Of a DNA stretch of 64,000 nt, positions 1-10,243 are shown piece by piece. Made by a program: the position numbers and the translations under genes. The notes beneath the pieces were generated by a model. That model ran no database searches. It saw nothing but the letters and a program-made list of their open reading frames with translations, and was not told the origin of the DNA. The DNA lies in contig OZ076412.1 in the NCBI GenBank assembly GCA_964187785.1, forward strand, positions 13,454,001 through 13,518,000, read 5' to 3'. Within the stretch, counting starts at the first letter, position 1. Every line of letters begins with the position of its first letter. The stretch is from Amphiscolops sp. MND2022. Lineage: Eukaryota.

Positions 1-446
1 CGAAAGTAGTAAATTCGAGATCACATAATCGAATATAAAACAACAAAATACATCCAAATAACATCTCAGAAAATTCAGTCTTCACTCACAAGTCTTTTCA
101 CTTATCTATATGAACCAAGGCCAAGGAACTGTACTAAGAAGTGGCAGAGTCATTGATTCCTCATCAGAAATAGAATCTCCTGCAGATCCAGACATGGCCC
201 AGGCAAACTCAAATGATTCTGACACCAACGACACTTCAGATATCTCTTCTCAGTTATGTGAAATAAAAGAGAAATAAGAGAGAAATAAAATAAATAAAAG
301 TTATGAACGCCGAATTAACGAGTTACACCAGGAGTTTAGTCAACTGAAGGACTTAATGATGGCGATTGTAAGCAAGAACAATAACGAATCTCAGCCACCT
401 AGCTCGAAAGGTCCTTCAAAGCCGGCCCAACAGCATGGGTTCGACA
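1..446 (+). repeat. 5' LTR of element A (3' portion; the start lies upstream of the window)
   Basis: Matches 6668-7086 with about 9 substitutions plus a 27-bp insertion (counted by eye). Ends ...GGGTTCGACA immediately before TGGTGACAGG. Confidence 0.93.
110..355 (+). pseudogene. LTR-encoded gag leader (MNQGQGTVLRSGRVID...), interrupted in this LTR copy
   Basis: ATG at 110 is in frame with the gag ORF at 356. A 27-bp A-rich insertion (~271-297) adds an in-frame TAA. The 3' LTR copy (6777-7086) is uninterrupted. Confidence 0.8.
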
Positions 447-1642
447 TGGTGACAGGAGTTACAGAAACCCGCTCCACCCGCCCGACATCAAGTTTCACAA
501 ACTTCAGACGATACCAAGAATATGACTCAGACGAAGAAGGCGAATCAACTCCCAGAAGCAACGAAGAACGGCTGTTAAACGCCATCGAGACGATCCCGCA
601 ACGAATAAAGAGCACTACAACAAATACAAAACTACTGCAGACACACGTACCGAATTTCGGAGGACAAAAAGACAAATTCGTCGAATTTGAACACCTTCTC
701 CTCAACCACCTCAGCCCGTTAGCCAATAAAATAACTGAGGAGAACAAGCTTCATTTCTTTCAAAGCCTTTTGAGAGACGAAGCAATCGAGTATTGGCAAT
801 CGATCCAAATAACGCCACTGACAACGCTGAAAGATGTGCTCGATCTCTTCAGAAGGGAATTCGCGAAAGAGGACCTTAAAGAAGTGGCTCGCTACAAATG
901 GGATCAAGCCCGTTACGATCCCACAACAGAGACATTCAGCGACTTCCTCAAAAACTTGAAAAAGACTGCGAAACAAGCATTTGGGGATGAAGCGGATAGA
1001 ATCATCAAAATGTTCTTGTTCGGCAAACTTCCAGTCGAAATACAACAAGAACTTACAATGGCCAACAAGGAGGAGAGCTCACCAGAAGAAATCAAGACAT
1101 ACTTGATGCGAAAGTATCAATACCAACAGTATGCAGCGCCGCCTACGACAATTCAACCATTCAACGCAGTCACCTACTCTATCCCGACGAACAATGAAAC
1201 AACCAAACCAACAACGACGACGACAACACAACCAACTGAAAGAAAACGATTCGAGGGACAATGCTTCTACTGCGGAAAAACAGGTCACCGCAAAACGGAA
1301 TGTCGCGCCCGACAACGTGACGAAGCAAATGGCATCAAGAAAGAAGATGCAATTCCAATGAAGAAAGCAACCGACCCAGACAAACCGAAGTACAATCCCA
1401 AGCTGGTTTGTCAGAATTGTGGATACACTGGCCACTCCGCAAGAGACTGCAGACGACGCATTCCCAAAGAAAGTAGCTCTGCATATGGCAAGATCCCTTA
1501 TGCCACAAATTCACAAGATGACAATAAGGCTAGAAGACAGGACTTGAAACGACAACAAAGACCAATGAACCCGATGCAAGAAGTTGCTGACGAAGAGGAA
1601 CAGATAAGCTACTCTGATGAAGACATCAATCAGGGTTTTTGA
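356..1642 (+). CDS. gag: Retrotransposon Gag, 428 aa, with two CCHC zinc knuckles
   Basis: CFYCGKTGHRKTEC and CQNCGYTGHSARDC are CX2CX4HX4C motifs. The capsid-like region includes VPNFGGQKDKFVEFE and FFQSLLRDEAIEYW. The ORF crosses the LTR/PBS junction. Confidence 0.92.
   Translation: MMAIVSKNNNESQPPSSKGPSKPAQQHGFDMVTGVTETRSTRPTSSFTNFRRYQEYDSDEEGESTPRSNEERLLNAIETIPQRIKSTTTNTKLLQTHVPNFGGQKDKFVEFEHLLLNHLSPLANKITEENKLHFFQSLLRDEAIEYWQSIQITPLTTLKDVLDLFRREFAKEDLKEVARYKWDQARYDPTTETFSDFLKNLKKTAKQAFGDEADRIIKMFLFGKLPVEIQQELTMANKEESSPEEIKTYLMRKYQYQQYAAPPTTIQPFNAVTYSIPTNNETTKPTTTTTTQPTERKRFEGQCFYCGKTGHRKTECRARQRDEANGIKKEDAIPMKKATDPDKPKYNPKLVCQNCGYTGHSARDCRRRIPKESSSAYGKIPYATNSQDDNKARRQDLKRQQRPMNPMQEVADEEEQISYSDEDINQGF
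447..460 (+). promoter_or_regulatory. Primer-binding site TGGTGACAGGAGTT
   Basis: Begins with TGG directly after the LTR terminal CA. It is complementary to a tRNA 3' end (..CUCCUGUCACCA) and resembles tRNA-Leu ends; tRNA identity not verified. Confidence 0.85.
1633..1639 (+). promoter_or_regulatory. Candidate -1 ribosomal frameshift heptamer G GGT TTT
   Basis: X XXY YYZ heptamer in the correct gag phase, immediately before the gag TGA (1640-1642). The -1 frame is open for ~94 codons. Confidence 0.7.
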
Positions 1643-1923
1643 TTCCGCCACGATTTCCGCCCGCTAGAAATACAACGCGCGACACACGACTTTTGACTCA
1701 ACCGACTACACACAACCGTCCAATGAAGAAATGGCGGCCTTCACTGGACAAACGACCAAAAGCTGACGATGTCTATCAGCGAAGACTTTCCAACGATGAA
1801 AAAGCGATGGGAAATGCACGTCAACACAACGGCAGCCGCTTTTCCCCACTCGCTGAAATCAACGATGAACATGAGACGACCTGGCAACACAACACCATGA
1901 GGCAGGTGGATGATGCCAAATGA
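1639..1923 (+). pseudogene. pol: N-terminal stub of pol in the -1 frame; protease/RT/RH/IN absent
   Basis: LIPPRFPPARNTTRD... is reached by a -1 shift and ends at 1923, followed by A-rich non-coding sequence. Confidence 0.6.
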
Positions 1924-2302
1924 AAAAATGATGTAAAATAATATTTCCATCGGGAAATATAAGCGAAAAACGAAGAAAAAACGATAGGATGAAAAAGAGA
2001 TGTATAAAACGACTTTTGAACCGAAATTGAGGCATTTCAGAGCAAAAACGACTCAAGAATGAAAAGGAGATGTAAACTGAAAGAAATGACGAAGAGATAA
2101 ACTAAAACCCGAACGAGGAAATTCCAAGGATGTAAAAGAGATGGAATATAGTAAAAATGGCTAAAATGTGAAGAGGAAGAAAACACCACGCTTGAAAACT
2201 TTGAACGATGAGAAAATGATGAAAAGTGAAAACTTGAACAAACCATCTGATGAAAGTTCTAAAGCGATGGGAAATAGATGGAGGGACTGGAAATCTGGAC
2301 TG

Positions 2303-3850
2303 CTAATGAAAGTGAAAAGAAAAATGCGAAAGGTGAATGGGAGAAAATTGTAAAGCAGATACTTCGCAGGTCTTAAAACTGTTTAGGTAACCTGGCAAAC
2401 GAGAGGCGATGGGCTCATCATCAGAGTCAATGAGGCTGGCCCCTAGTGGCGAAGTCTCCTCTGGACCAGATCCTGGCGCAGGACCAGCGTCACCCGATTC
2501 TGAACGAGCAGCAAGAGAACCGTCAACAGTGAAGTCATCAGGAATTTCTACAGATGACTCGAGGCTGGTTAGAGAAGCTGGTCCTGAAGCAACTACATCA
2601 ATGTCCGACACAGCATCTTCGGGCACAGAGGCAACAGGCGTGGGCGCAGTTGGAGGATCATACACTGTACCGACGTCGCAGTAACTTACGACCGCCTGCA
2701 CAGTTTTGTCAGCATTGGTGATCCCAGTGTCAGTTGCCACTTCCACGTACTCCATTTCGTCGCGAGTAGAAGTACCCTGACAGAGAGTGACCCGAACAGA
2801 AGGAGCGCTGGCAGCAGTAAAGGATCGTCTCCAAACTGGCGATAACACTGACACTGGAGCCCGCACAGGAGAGCTCGTACCAGTCGGACACAGATCTTGG
2901 AAGAAAGAGGAAAGATCAAGCTGGGGAGGTCCTCCTTGAGTGCTGACATCAACACTGTCACCACCGAAATCACTGGTCCCAAATCCAACGGAATGTGTGA
3001 CGGGACGTGGTCTTGGTGCGTGAATCGGCGTGGGGCCTGAAGATAGAAGCAGTACTCTAACGACGAAGATTAAAGAAGAAAGTGAGCGTTAGTCGCGCGA
3101 AGAAAGAAGAATCGAAGAAAATTTCATCCCAAATCTATCTCCGAAATGGAGAACGCAACGAGTTGAACACAAAGGATGGTGAATGCCGTCAACCCATCTT
3201 AAATTCATCTCAAAATGAATTACATAGCTAATCGACCCCAAAGGGCACTACATGAAGATGAGATGAAAACATCGGAATTACATCGTAGTGTCCGGACGAC
3301 ACCCTAGAGAAGAGAAAATAGAAATTGTTGACTCACTAAATTGCTGGATACTGTCCCGTAGCAGATCCCGCAGATAACGGTCGTACCACCCGAAGGTGAC
3401 ACTTCCTAAGGAAGCATACCAAGGGAAGTAATCTAAAACACCAAGTGGAAAGAGTCAGCGTCTGAATAGATCGGAGACTGGGAACTGAAGGAATCGTGGA
3501 CTGAATTGAAAAGGTCTGGAAGGACAGTACTTACACTGCGGTAAATACGGGACGTTGACTGCTTGACCTATCTGCAGGTCCGGATCAATTTGAGGCTCAG
3601 CAAACGGTGGCTGAGCGGCTGGAGCCTCTTGTGGCGGCACGGTCTCTAACGTCGTCAGCTCAGATATGATACCAACGGAATGGATTGAGTCAGCTAAAGC
3701 AAGATGAGCCCTTAGTGTCGAATGTCCTTTTGCCGCTTGTGAAGTGGAAAGTGCACTTACCATCAGTAGACTCGGCTTCTGGTAAAAGGTGGACTGAATG
3801 GATATCGTCTGACATACTAGAGCCGAGGAAAGAATTGCAAGCAACAAATC
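2303..3850 (-). pseudogene. Decayed antisense ORF inside element A (unknown protein with acidic/Pro-rich C-terminal part)
   Basis: Minus-strand ORF segments 3455-3847, 2686-2988 and 2303-2866 can be chained across single stops/frameshifts (e.g. VSDLFRR*LFPLGVLDYFPWYASLGSVTFGWYDRYLRDLLRDSIQQF). Confidence 0.55.
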
Positions 3851-4971
3851 TGAAAAGAATGGAAGAGAGTGAAGATAGGAACGAAATCGAAGAGCTCAGG
3901 ACAGGAATTTGATCAGTAATTAAATGGCCTGATCAATCATGGTTACTGGAAACAAATTCACGTGAAGATTTCAAAGAGCGCGAATGCAGCTTGAATGCCT
4001 GGATAAATCAAATACTTGAACTCAAAGGATGAAAAATCGACGAAAAATCTCCAATTTCGAAGTACTGATTTCACTTTTCTTCCCAGTTACAACCAGCTCA
4101 AAACTTTCTCTGGAAATGGATCGCCCTCTCCTAGAATTTGACTACAAAAGCTTCAAGTATTTGATTTGATTGACAGCTGCCAGTCTCAGATCAAGGCTGA
4201 CGAAGTTGAGCGGAAACGCGCAAAGGAAATCGTGGCGATTTTCAAACCGACTAAACGGAAGATGATTCACGGATGAGAATGTTATTGACAATCGGTTGGA
4301 ATTCCTCCAGTCATAAAATTCAGTTTTCAGCCAATCAAGATGAGCAGTGGTTGCTATGGCTACGATTCATCTCTTTCTCTTCACCGAGAAATCAGACAGC
4401 AGAAGCGACAACGATGGTTGCTATGACAACAATTCATCTCTTTCCTATCGCGGAATTTTGACAACAGAGCAGACGGCGCCAGCCTCTGCTAAGTCAACAT
4501 TGACGCCTCACTGAATAAACAATTCATCGTTCATTCATCCCGAGAAGCTTTTAGTAGACAGATAGCGGCGCCACCTTACTGCTATATTGTCAATGAAAAT
4601 AGCAGCAGTGTTTACTCAGCATAGGATGAACCGGGATTTTCACCGAAACTACCAACAGACCGATCTCCCGTCAAAAAGCATGACAACCAATAAAATGCAG
4701 ATCAGCGGACATCCGATGGGCCAAGAACTAGAGTTGCCGCGTCGAGAAAATTTAACCGAAATCACCCAGAATGAAGCCAGACATGACGATTGCCGAAAGT
4801 CCTCTTCTCAGAGAAGATTTACATAGGACGGAACAAACGAAGGACATGCCAATTCAGAACTAACGAAGGCCATTTTCTCCCCAACCGAACGAAGGAAGCA
4901 GTCGAAGCCAACGCCGAGACAACCGTCCTCTGCACATTTGGCCCCTGCACTCTCAATCCAAATCCCACCCC

Positions 4972-4977
4972 GGGGAG
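4972..4977 (+). promoter_or_regulatory. Polypurine tract of element A
   Basis: GGGGAG immediately precedes the LTR start TGTCATG at 4978. Confidence 0.7.
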
Positions 4978-5700
4978 TGTCATGCCAGCATGATGGAAAT
5001 ATAATCTACTAGATATCTGTAATGTAAATATTATGTCTTATGTACTTAGATATGGGCAATATGATGTCATATAATAAGAGCCATGGTTGTGAGCAACCCT
5101 ACGTTACTTATACTTAATCCCCATTCCCCCCATGAGTTTGAGTTATATATATTTACTTAATACTGAGCGCTCTAGTTCCGGTGTCCGCATAAATGATCTT
5201 GCCAAATGGCCTTGAATGTGCTATATTTCATAAATATTGGTTTGTCACGACAAGGGAGAGAAGTTTTCCGGTCAGACTGGACCGAGAGATATTGAAAGTA
5301 GTGAGATGTGTAACTTCTACTAGCTCCCCGCCTCAGGACTTGTAGTCGTGACAACACTTTCATAAAGTTCATCGTTAGTCCATCAGCGGATTCAACGATG
5401 AACCCAATTTGACTGAACGATTTCGTTAGATCCATCAGCGGATTTAATTTGGAGCCATTTTGAATGAAGTTTATCGCAAATTCATCTCCGAAATTTGCGG
5501 GTGAACAACGATTGGGACTTTAAACTGATTTTCATCACCTATCCATCAGCGGATTTTATGGGACTTCATTTTGGTAACTTCATCTTAATTTCATCGATGT
5601 ATTTCATTTAGAAAACTTCCAATGTACTTCTCATTTTTGAAAGACAGTAACGCATCCCTTAATCATCTCCTGACTAGTAAACAGAAAGAAAAAATGAGAG

Positions 5701-6120
5701 CGTACATCCCTAATTCATCCAAAAGAGTGAATGTGCTGATTTATCTGATTTGTTTGGTAAATTCATCATTAATCCATCCCGATTTTATTTGAACTGGAAT
5801 TTGCCATTTTAGTGGACGAGTTCATCCCAAACTCATCGCTAATTTGACTTGCACTGAAAATTGCTGTTTTATATAATGAGTTCATCCTAAACTCATCCCT
5901 GATTTTACTTTGCGCTAGATCTAGCAGTTTATCGAACGAATCCATCCTAAACTCATCGTCAATCTAGTTTGTGCTGGAAATTGGTAATTTATGGAGGAGG
6001 TTCATCCCTTTACCATCGCCATTTAAGAATAGTGTTGAATTTTGGGCGAGAAAGACTACATTTCATCGCATATCCATCCTCAATTTCAGAATATCGATTT
6101 TAGTGCTAGAATCAACTGGA
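5701..6120 (+). repeat. Degenerate ~60-bp tandem repeat (~7 units) in the U3 part of the LTR
   Basis: Units at 5821, 5881, 5941 and 6001 begin T(T/C)CATCC..A(A/C)(T/C)CATC. CCATCAGCGGATT also occurs three times at 5380, 5432 and 5543. Confidence 0.8.
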
Positions 6121-6776
6121 AAACATCGTTTTCCTATCTCGCAATACATTTTACCCTAATTTGATTTGAAACCAGTGTGCTATTGAATACTTTGAACTCA
6201 TTTTCGTTGCTATAGAGACCATTTGTGGTATGTGCAGGCAATTATGACACTGTAAAGCGATGATTAACCACCATTTACACATATGTAGACCAGTTCACAA
6301 CACCGGTCACGTGACTTACCAATTAGCACCAACCGGCAGTAGCCAATGAGAAGAGGCTGGTAAGAGATTTAGCGTCTTACCAGCCTGAAAAGACACGTGA
6401 ACTGCTGTAGTTTAAGCCGCCATTAGAGATTACTCAGACCGAGTTACGATAAGTTACCGCACAGTTTGATATTTCACGCAAAAGTTTGCCTGAAAAATAC
6501 ATTCTTAATTCATCTCTGAAACCATAACGCGACTACCTGAGTAATTTCGTTGATTAACCTACATTGCGATGAGGACCGGATGAACTTTCCTACCTACCTT
6601 CACTAAATTCCTTTTAATCACTTGACACTTGTTTATTTGTGCAATTCATCTCTAATTCATCTCAGTTCGAAAGTAGTAAATTCGAGATCACATAATCGAA
6701 TATAAAACAGCAAAATACATCCAAATAACATCTCAGAAAATTCAGTCTTCACTCACAAGTCTTTTCACTTATCTAT

Positions 6777-7086
6777 ATGAACCAAGACCAAGGAACTGTA
6801 CTAAGAAGTGGCAGAGTCATTGATTCCTCATCAGAAATAGAATCTCCTGCAGATCCAGACATGGCCCAGGCAAACTCAAATGATTCTGACACCAACGACA
6901 ATTCAGATATCTCTTCTCAGTTATCTGAAATAAAAGAAAGTTATGAACGCCGAATTAACGAGTTACACCAGGAGTTTAGTCAACTGAAGGACTTAATGAT
7001 GGCGATTGTAAGCAAGAACAATAACGAATCTCAGCCGTCTAGCTCGAAAAGTCTTTCAGAGCCGGCCCAACAGCATGGGTTCGACA
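6777..7086 (+). other. Intact LTR-encoded gag leader ORF (103 codons) running out of the 3' LTR into flanking DNA
   Basis: MNQDQGTVLRSGRVID...QQHGFD is the same leader as in the 5' LTR. The ORF continues to 7181 in unrelated flank. Confidence 0.8.
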
Positions 7087-7149
7087 GCAACTTTAGACAC
7101 TTAGCATTTTTTTCAAAACTTTTTCAAACTTTTATTTTCGTACCAAAAT

Positions 7150-7870
7150 TTCAAGCACTTTGTGTTACCGCATCTGTATAAACAGCACTCGTCACAACAG
7201 GTTTGGCACTGACCTGGGGCCCACTTAAGAAGATAGGTTTCACAAAATTCATGGTAGCACTTGAGAAGCGAAAAGTAAAGGTAACAGCTGTGGTCTTGAT
7301 AAATTGTTGTAGTTCATGGCCAACAAAAACTGCACAGGAAATAGCACCAATGGTGAAACAGTCATCAAAGAATCTAAAATTCCACCAAAAGTGAGGACCC
7401 AATCAGTCTGTTGTGTTAGCAGTGTACGCTCGGATGAAGGTATCGTCTAGGTAGTATAAGCACCAGTGTATATATGAGATGATAGTAAACTGCTTTTGTA
7501 CAGGATGATTATGTCGATAGCGATAATAGAGCAGATCCAAAAAAAATCGAAAATCAGGGATGATAAAACATTAAAACAGTCTTGGGCAATAAAAACAAAT
7601 TCCAAGAGACAAGGACCCATGGGAGTTAGTCAAGCAGTTTCGAGAGCTTCCAAGCTCCAGGTGTTTTCTAAAGCTCGGTGTTGATCTTTATCGGAAGGGT
7701 ACAAGTACTCCCCGGGCCAATCTCTTGTGGTGTGTTTTCACATCCACATGGTTCACTCAACTGTGGTAACGAGAACCGCGGTACACCTTAGGTATGAACT
7801 GAGCATTGAACGCTGATTTTTGAGAAGCCTGCCAGGCTACGGTTGTTAAGATTGTCTGAAAAGTGTTTTT
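7150..7870 (-). pseudogene. Possible Penelope-like reverse transcriptase relic
   Basis: Broken minus-strand frames give IPKVY, CLLEFVF and FRFFDDCFTIG...ELQQFIKTTAVTFTFRFSSATMNF, which resemble PLE RT motifs. Heavily decayed. Confidence 0.4.
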
Positions 7871-9454
7871 GTCACTCTTGCTGCCCTCTTTCTGGAGAGC
7901 ACAAGCAAAAACGTAAATGTGATCAGGACTGGGGAAAGACCTTAGGGACAGTTAGAAAATAGGACACTGAGTTTGAACTGATTTCTTGCCTTTCGATTAT
8001 AGTACGATCGGACAAAACGTTCTTGTTCAACAATAGTAGTCACTAGTGTGCTTGTTGTACCGTTTTGAGACGCACCGCGTCCTAAGTCTGAGCCTCCAAA
8101 AGTGCCTATGAAGGCGCTCCAGCACCCACAGGGTACACAGGGCACCAACCATGCGTGTTCACAGCGGATAATTTTCATTTAGTTGACTTGTATAGCAGTC
8201 AGCAGGCGAATTACAATTGTTGGTTTTCCCTTTCTGTCCCGTAGACCGTTTTCTCTGAGACCCGAGATCTTAGGGTCAGATTAGCACTATTCAAAGTGGT
8301 CCAGCAGGACGTGCTTAGGGTGCCTGGTATACTATCGGGGTCGTTTGGGCCCGCACTGACACGTACACTGACAAAAAAGCGTTTGATTTTTCGCAAAATT
8401 GACCAAAATGAGCATTTTTTTCGTCAATAGCATTTTTTCGACAAGCTTTTGCTTCTAGCAACCAGAAAATTTCCCACCGTCTACTATACTGGCTGAATCA
8501 TGGGGAAATACCCTCCGATTGCGCCAAAATGACTCTGTGGGTGTTACGGCCATTTACCAATGTTCACAGAAAAATTGACCCTGTCGTGAAATTCATAAAA
8601 GCTTCACAGACTCGCCTTCCAGGCTTCCAAGCCACTTGAAATTTTGTATGCGAGCGTCAAATTTGTCCACGTAGCAGAAATTCAAATTCGCGGGGTGCCT
8701 GGGGCTATATTCAGGAATCCGAGTTGACAAAAATATGATGTACACATAATATCACTTTCTCTTGTCTGAATTCACAAATTTGTCAATTTCTCCAAGTTGG
8801 ACAGTAACAAGCTGCTCAAAACGCACAAATCGTTGGGATCTAGTGCTGTGCGTACGAAAATGCTAAGATTTTAGTGCTGAAATTTCTACAAGGAATTGCA
8901 GTATGCTCAACTAAAATTCTATTTTTTCGACAATTTTGTACAATGTTTGGCAGTGATGCTTAGTATGTGTTTCCAAATTTTTTTCATGATTATCCTTTAA
9001 AGTTTGTACCGTTTTAACCGTTCCACCGTGTTGTTTTTGTTGAAGCTACGTTGTATTTGGATTTGTGCCAAACTTGTGAAATATTCATACACTATCTTGT
9101 AAGTTGTCAATACTCAATGATTTGTGAATTGAGGTGTTGCAGTTTTACAGCATCGGTTCATCTTGTATCAATAATCGAAAAGTGTAATCCCGGCATCAAT
9201 TTTTCCTTTTTTGAGCTCAGATATTTCTCCTGTCCAAATCACTTGCTCCGTTTCTGTCGCGTTATCATTTTTGCGTGTCATGTTTTCATTTCAATCCTCA
9301 TAACTCTCAACTTCAAAAGTGACTAAGTTGTTCATGCCGGCGTGAATTCGTCGATGAAAAAGTTTGTTTTTGTTATGCCGCCATTTTTATTCCAGACACG
9401 AAATGAACTGGCTTGAACAAAAATGATTTCAACAAAGATATCGGAATTGCCTGC

Positions 9455-9495
9455 GGGATACCTAATTAGGGATACCTAATTAGGGATACCTAATT
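9455..9495 (+). repeat. 14-bp tandem repeat GGGATACCTAATTA x3
   Basis: Three adjacent copies. The junctions form the palindrome CCTAATTAGG. Confidence 0.85.
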
Positions 9496-9718
9496 TAATG
9501 ACGCGGGACTGAAATGATTTGGATCATCAGAGTTTTTTAGTGAACAAACTCGATTTTTCTGATACCTATGAAATTTTAGGTGAGGAACAAATGATGCTAT
9601 GAAAGTATATATGTTGGTTTTTGTAGAATTGGTCATTCACTTGTTAATAGTTCTACTTGCTAAATTCAACGATAGTAAAACGTGAAACATCTTCTTCTTT
9701 CTGTTTTCTACTTTAAAA

Positions 9719-9998
9719 ATGACAACCAGAAGTCAAAAGAAAAAAGCTCTAACTGAGAAATTAGACGAAATAAAAACCTCGCAGAGGAAAGACATAATGT
9801 CTGATCTGACAAAAATCTTTGCCCAAAACCAGAGGGAAATGATGAAACTTATAGCCCCTACTGTTAACAAATCAACAATCTATCAAAATGTAGAAGACTC
9901 CCACTTTGAGACCGAAAATACCCATCCTGCATCAACATAAACTCCTATAAAATCAAAAACGACTACTCCCAAAAATACTCCGATATGTAGCCGTAACA
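9719..9998 (+). pseudogene. LTR-encoded gag-leader-like ORF (MTTRSQKKKA...TTPKNTPICSRN)
   Basis: One internal stop at 9938-9940. The frame reaches the LTR end with the terminal A as codon position 1. The peptide is homologous to that at 23772-24145. Confidence 0.65.
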
Positions 9999-10243
9999 GG
10001 AGTGGTGAAACAAGTCGTGGCAAAATCTAGCTCATGACTCTCAAAAGGTTTTATGATGTCAGATTACCTTGCAGGTTAAAAACCTTTTCAATTCTTGAAA
10101 TTGTGTTCTGAGTTGTTTCCTGGTATTAATCACACCAATTGTATTACTTGAATTTGAAATACCATTTGTTCCTAGGCAAGAGTCACAACAACTCTGAAGA
10201 AGTCACCTCAAAGAAGAAAAGAACACTGAACAACATAGGAGTT

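Larger units (their letters stand above)
1..7086 (+). mobile_element. Non-autonomous LTR retroelement (element A): 5' LTR (partial) - PBS - gag - truncated pol - antisense ORF relic - PPT - 3' LTR
   Basis: 1-446 is repeated at 6668-7086. PBS follows 446, a purine tract precedes 4978, gag has two CCHC knuckles, and no RT/RH/IN motifs were found between gag and the PPT. Confidence 0.92.
4978..7086 (+). repeat. 3' LTR of element A, 2109 bp
   Basis: Starts TGTC after the PPT and ends GACA (inverted termini). Its last 419 bp match window 1-446, and homology stops exactly at 7086. Confidence 0.9.
8542..9998 (+). mobile_element. Solo LTR (family C), 1457 bp
   Basis: Perfect 9-bp inverted termini TGTTACGGC...GCCGTAACA. 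Internal homology to 23250-24145. No PBS follows and no matching TSD was seen. Confidence 0.82.

Noticed and set aside
436-446. GGTTCGA T-loop-like words (also 7076, 20125, 43361) as tRNA genes
   Set aside because: No cloverleaf or A-box could be built around them. They are LTR ends or at most SINE-derived.
391-1435. Minus-strand ORFs overlapping gag
   Set aside because: Shadow ORFs of the gag coding strand with no motifs.
7900-8540. Hammerhead ribozyme expected near a Penelope-like element
   Set aside because: No CTGATGA/CTGACGA core with a paired GAAA was found on either strand here.
8537-10003. Target-site duplications around the solo LTRs
   Set aside because: Flanks do not match (GTGGG vs GGAGT; TTTTG vs CTCCT for the second), so no TSD is claimed.
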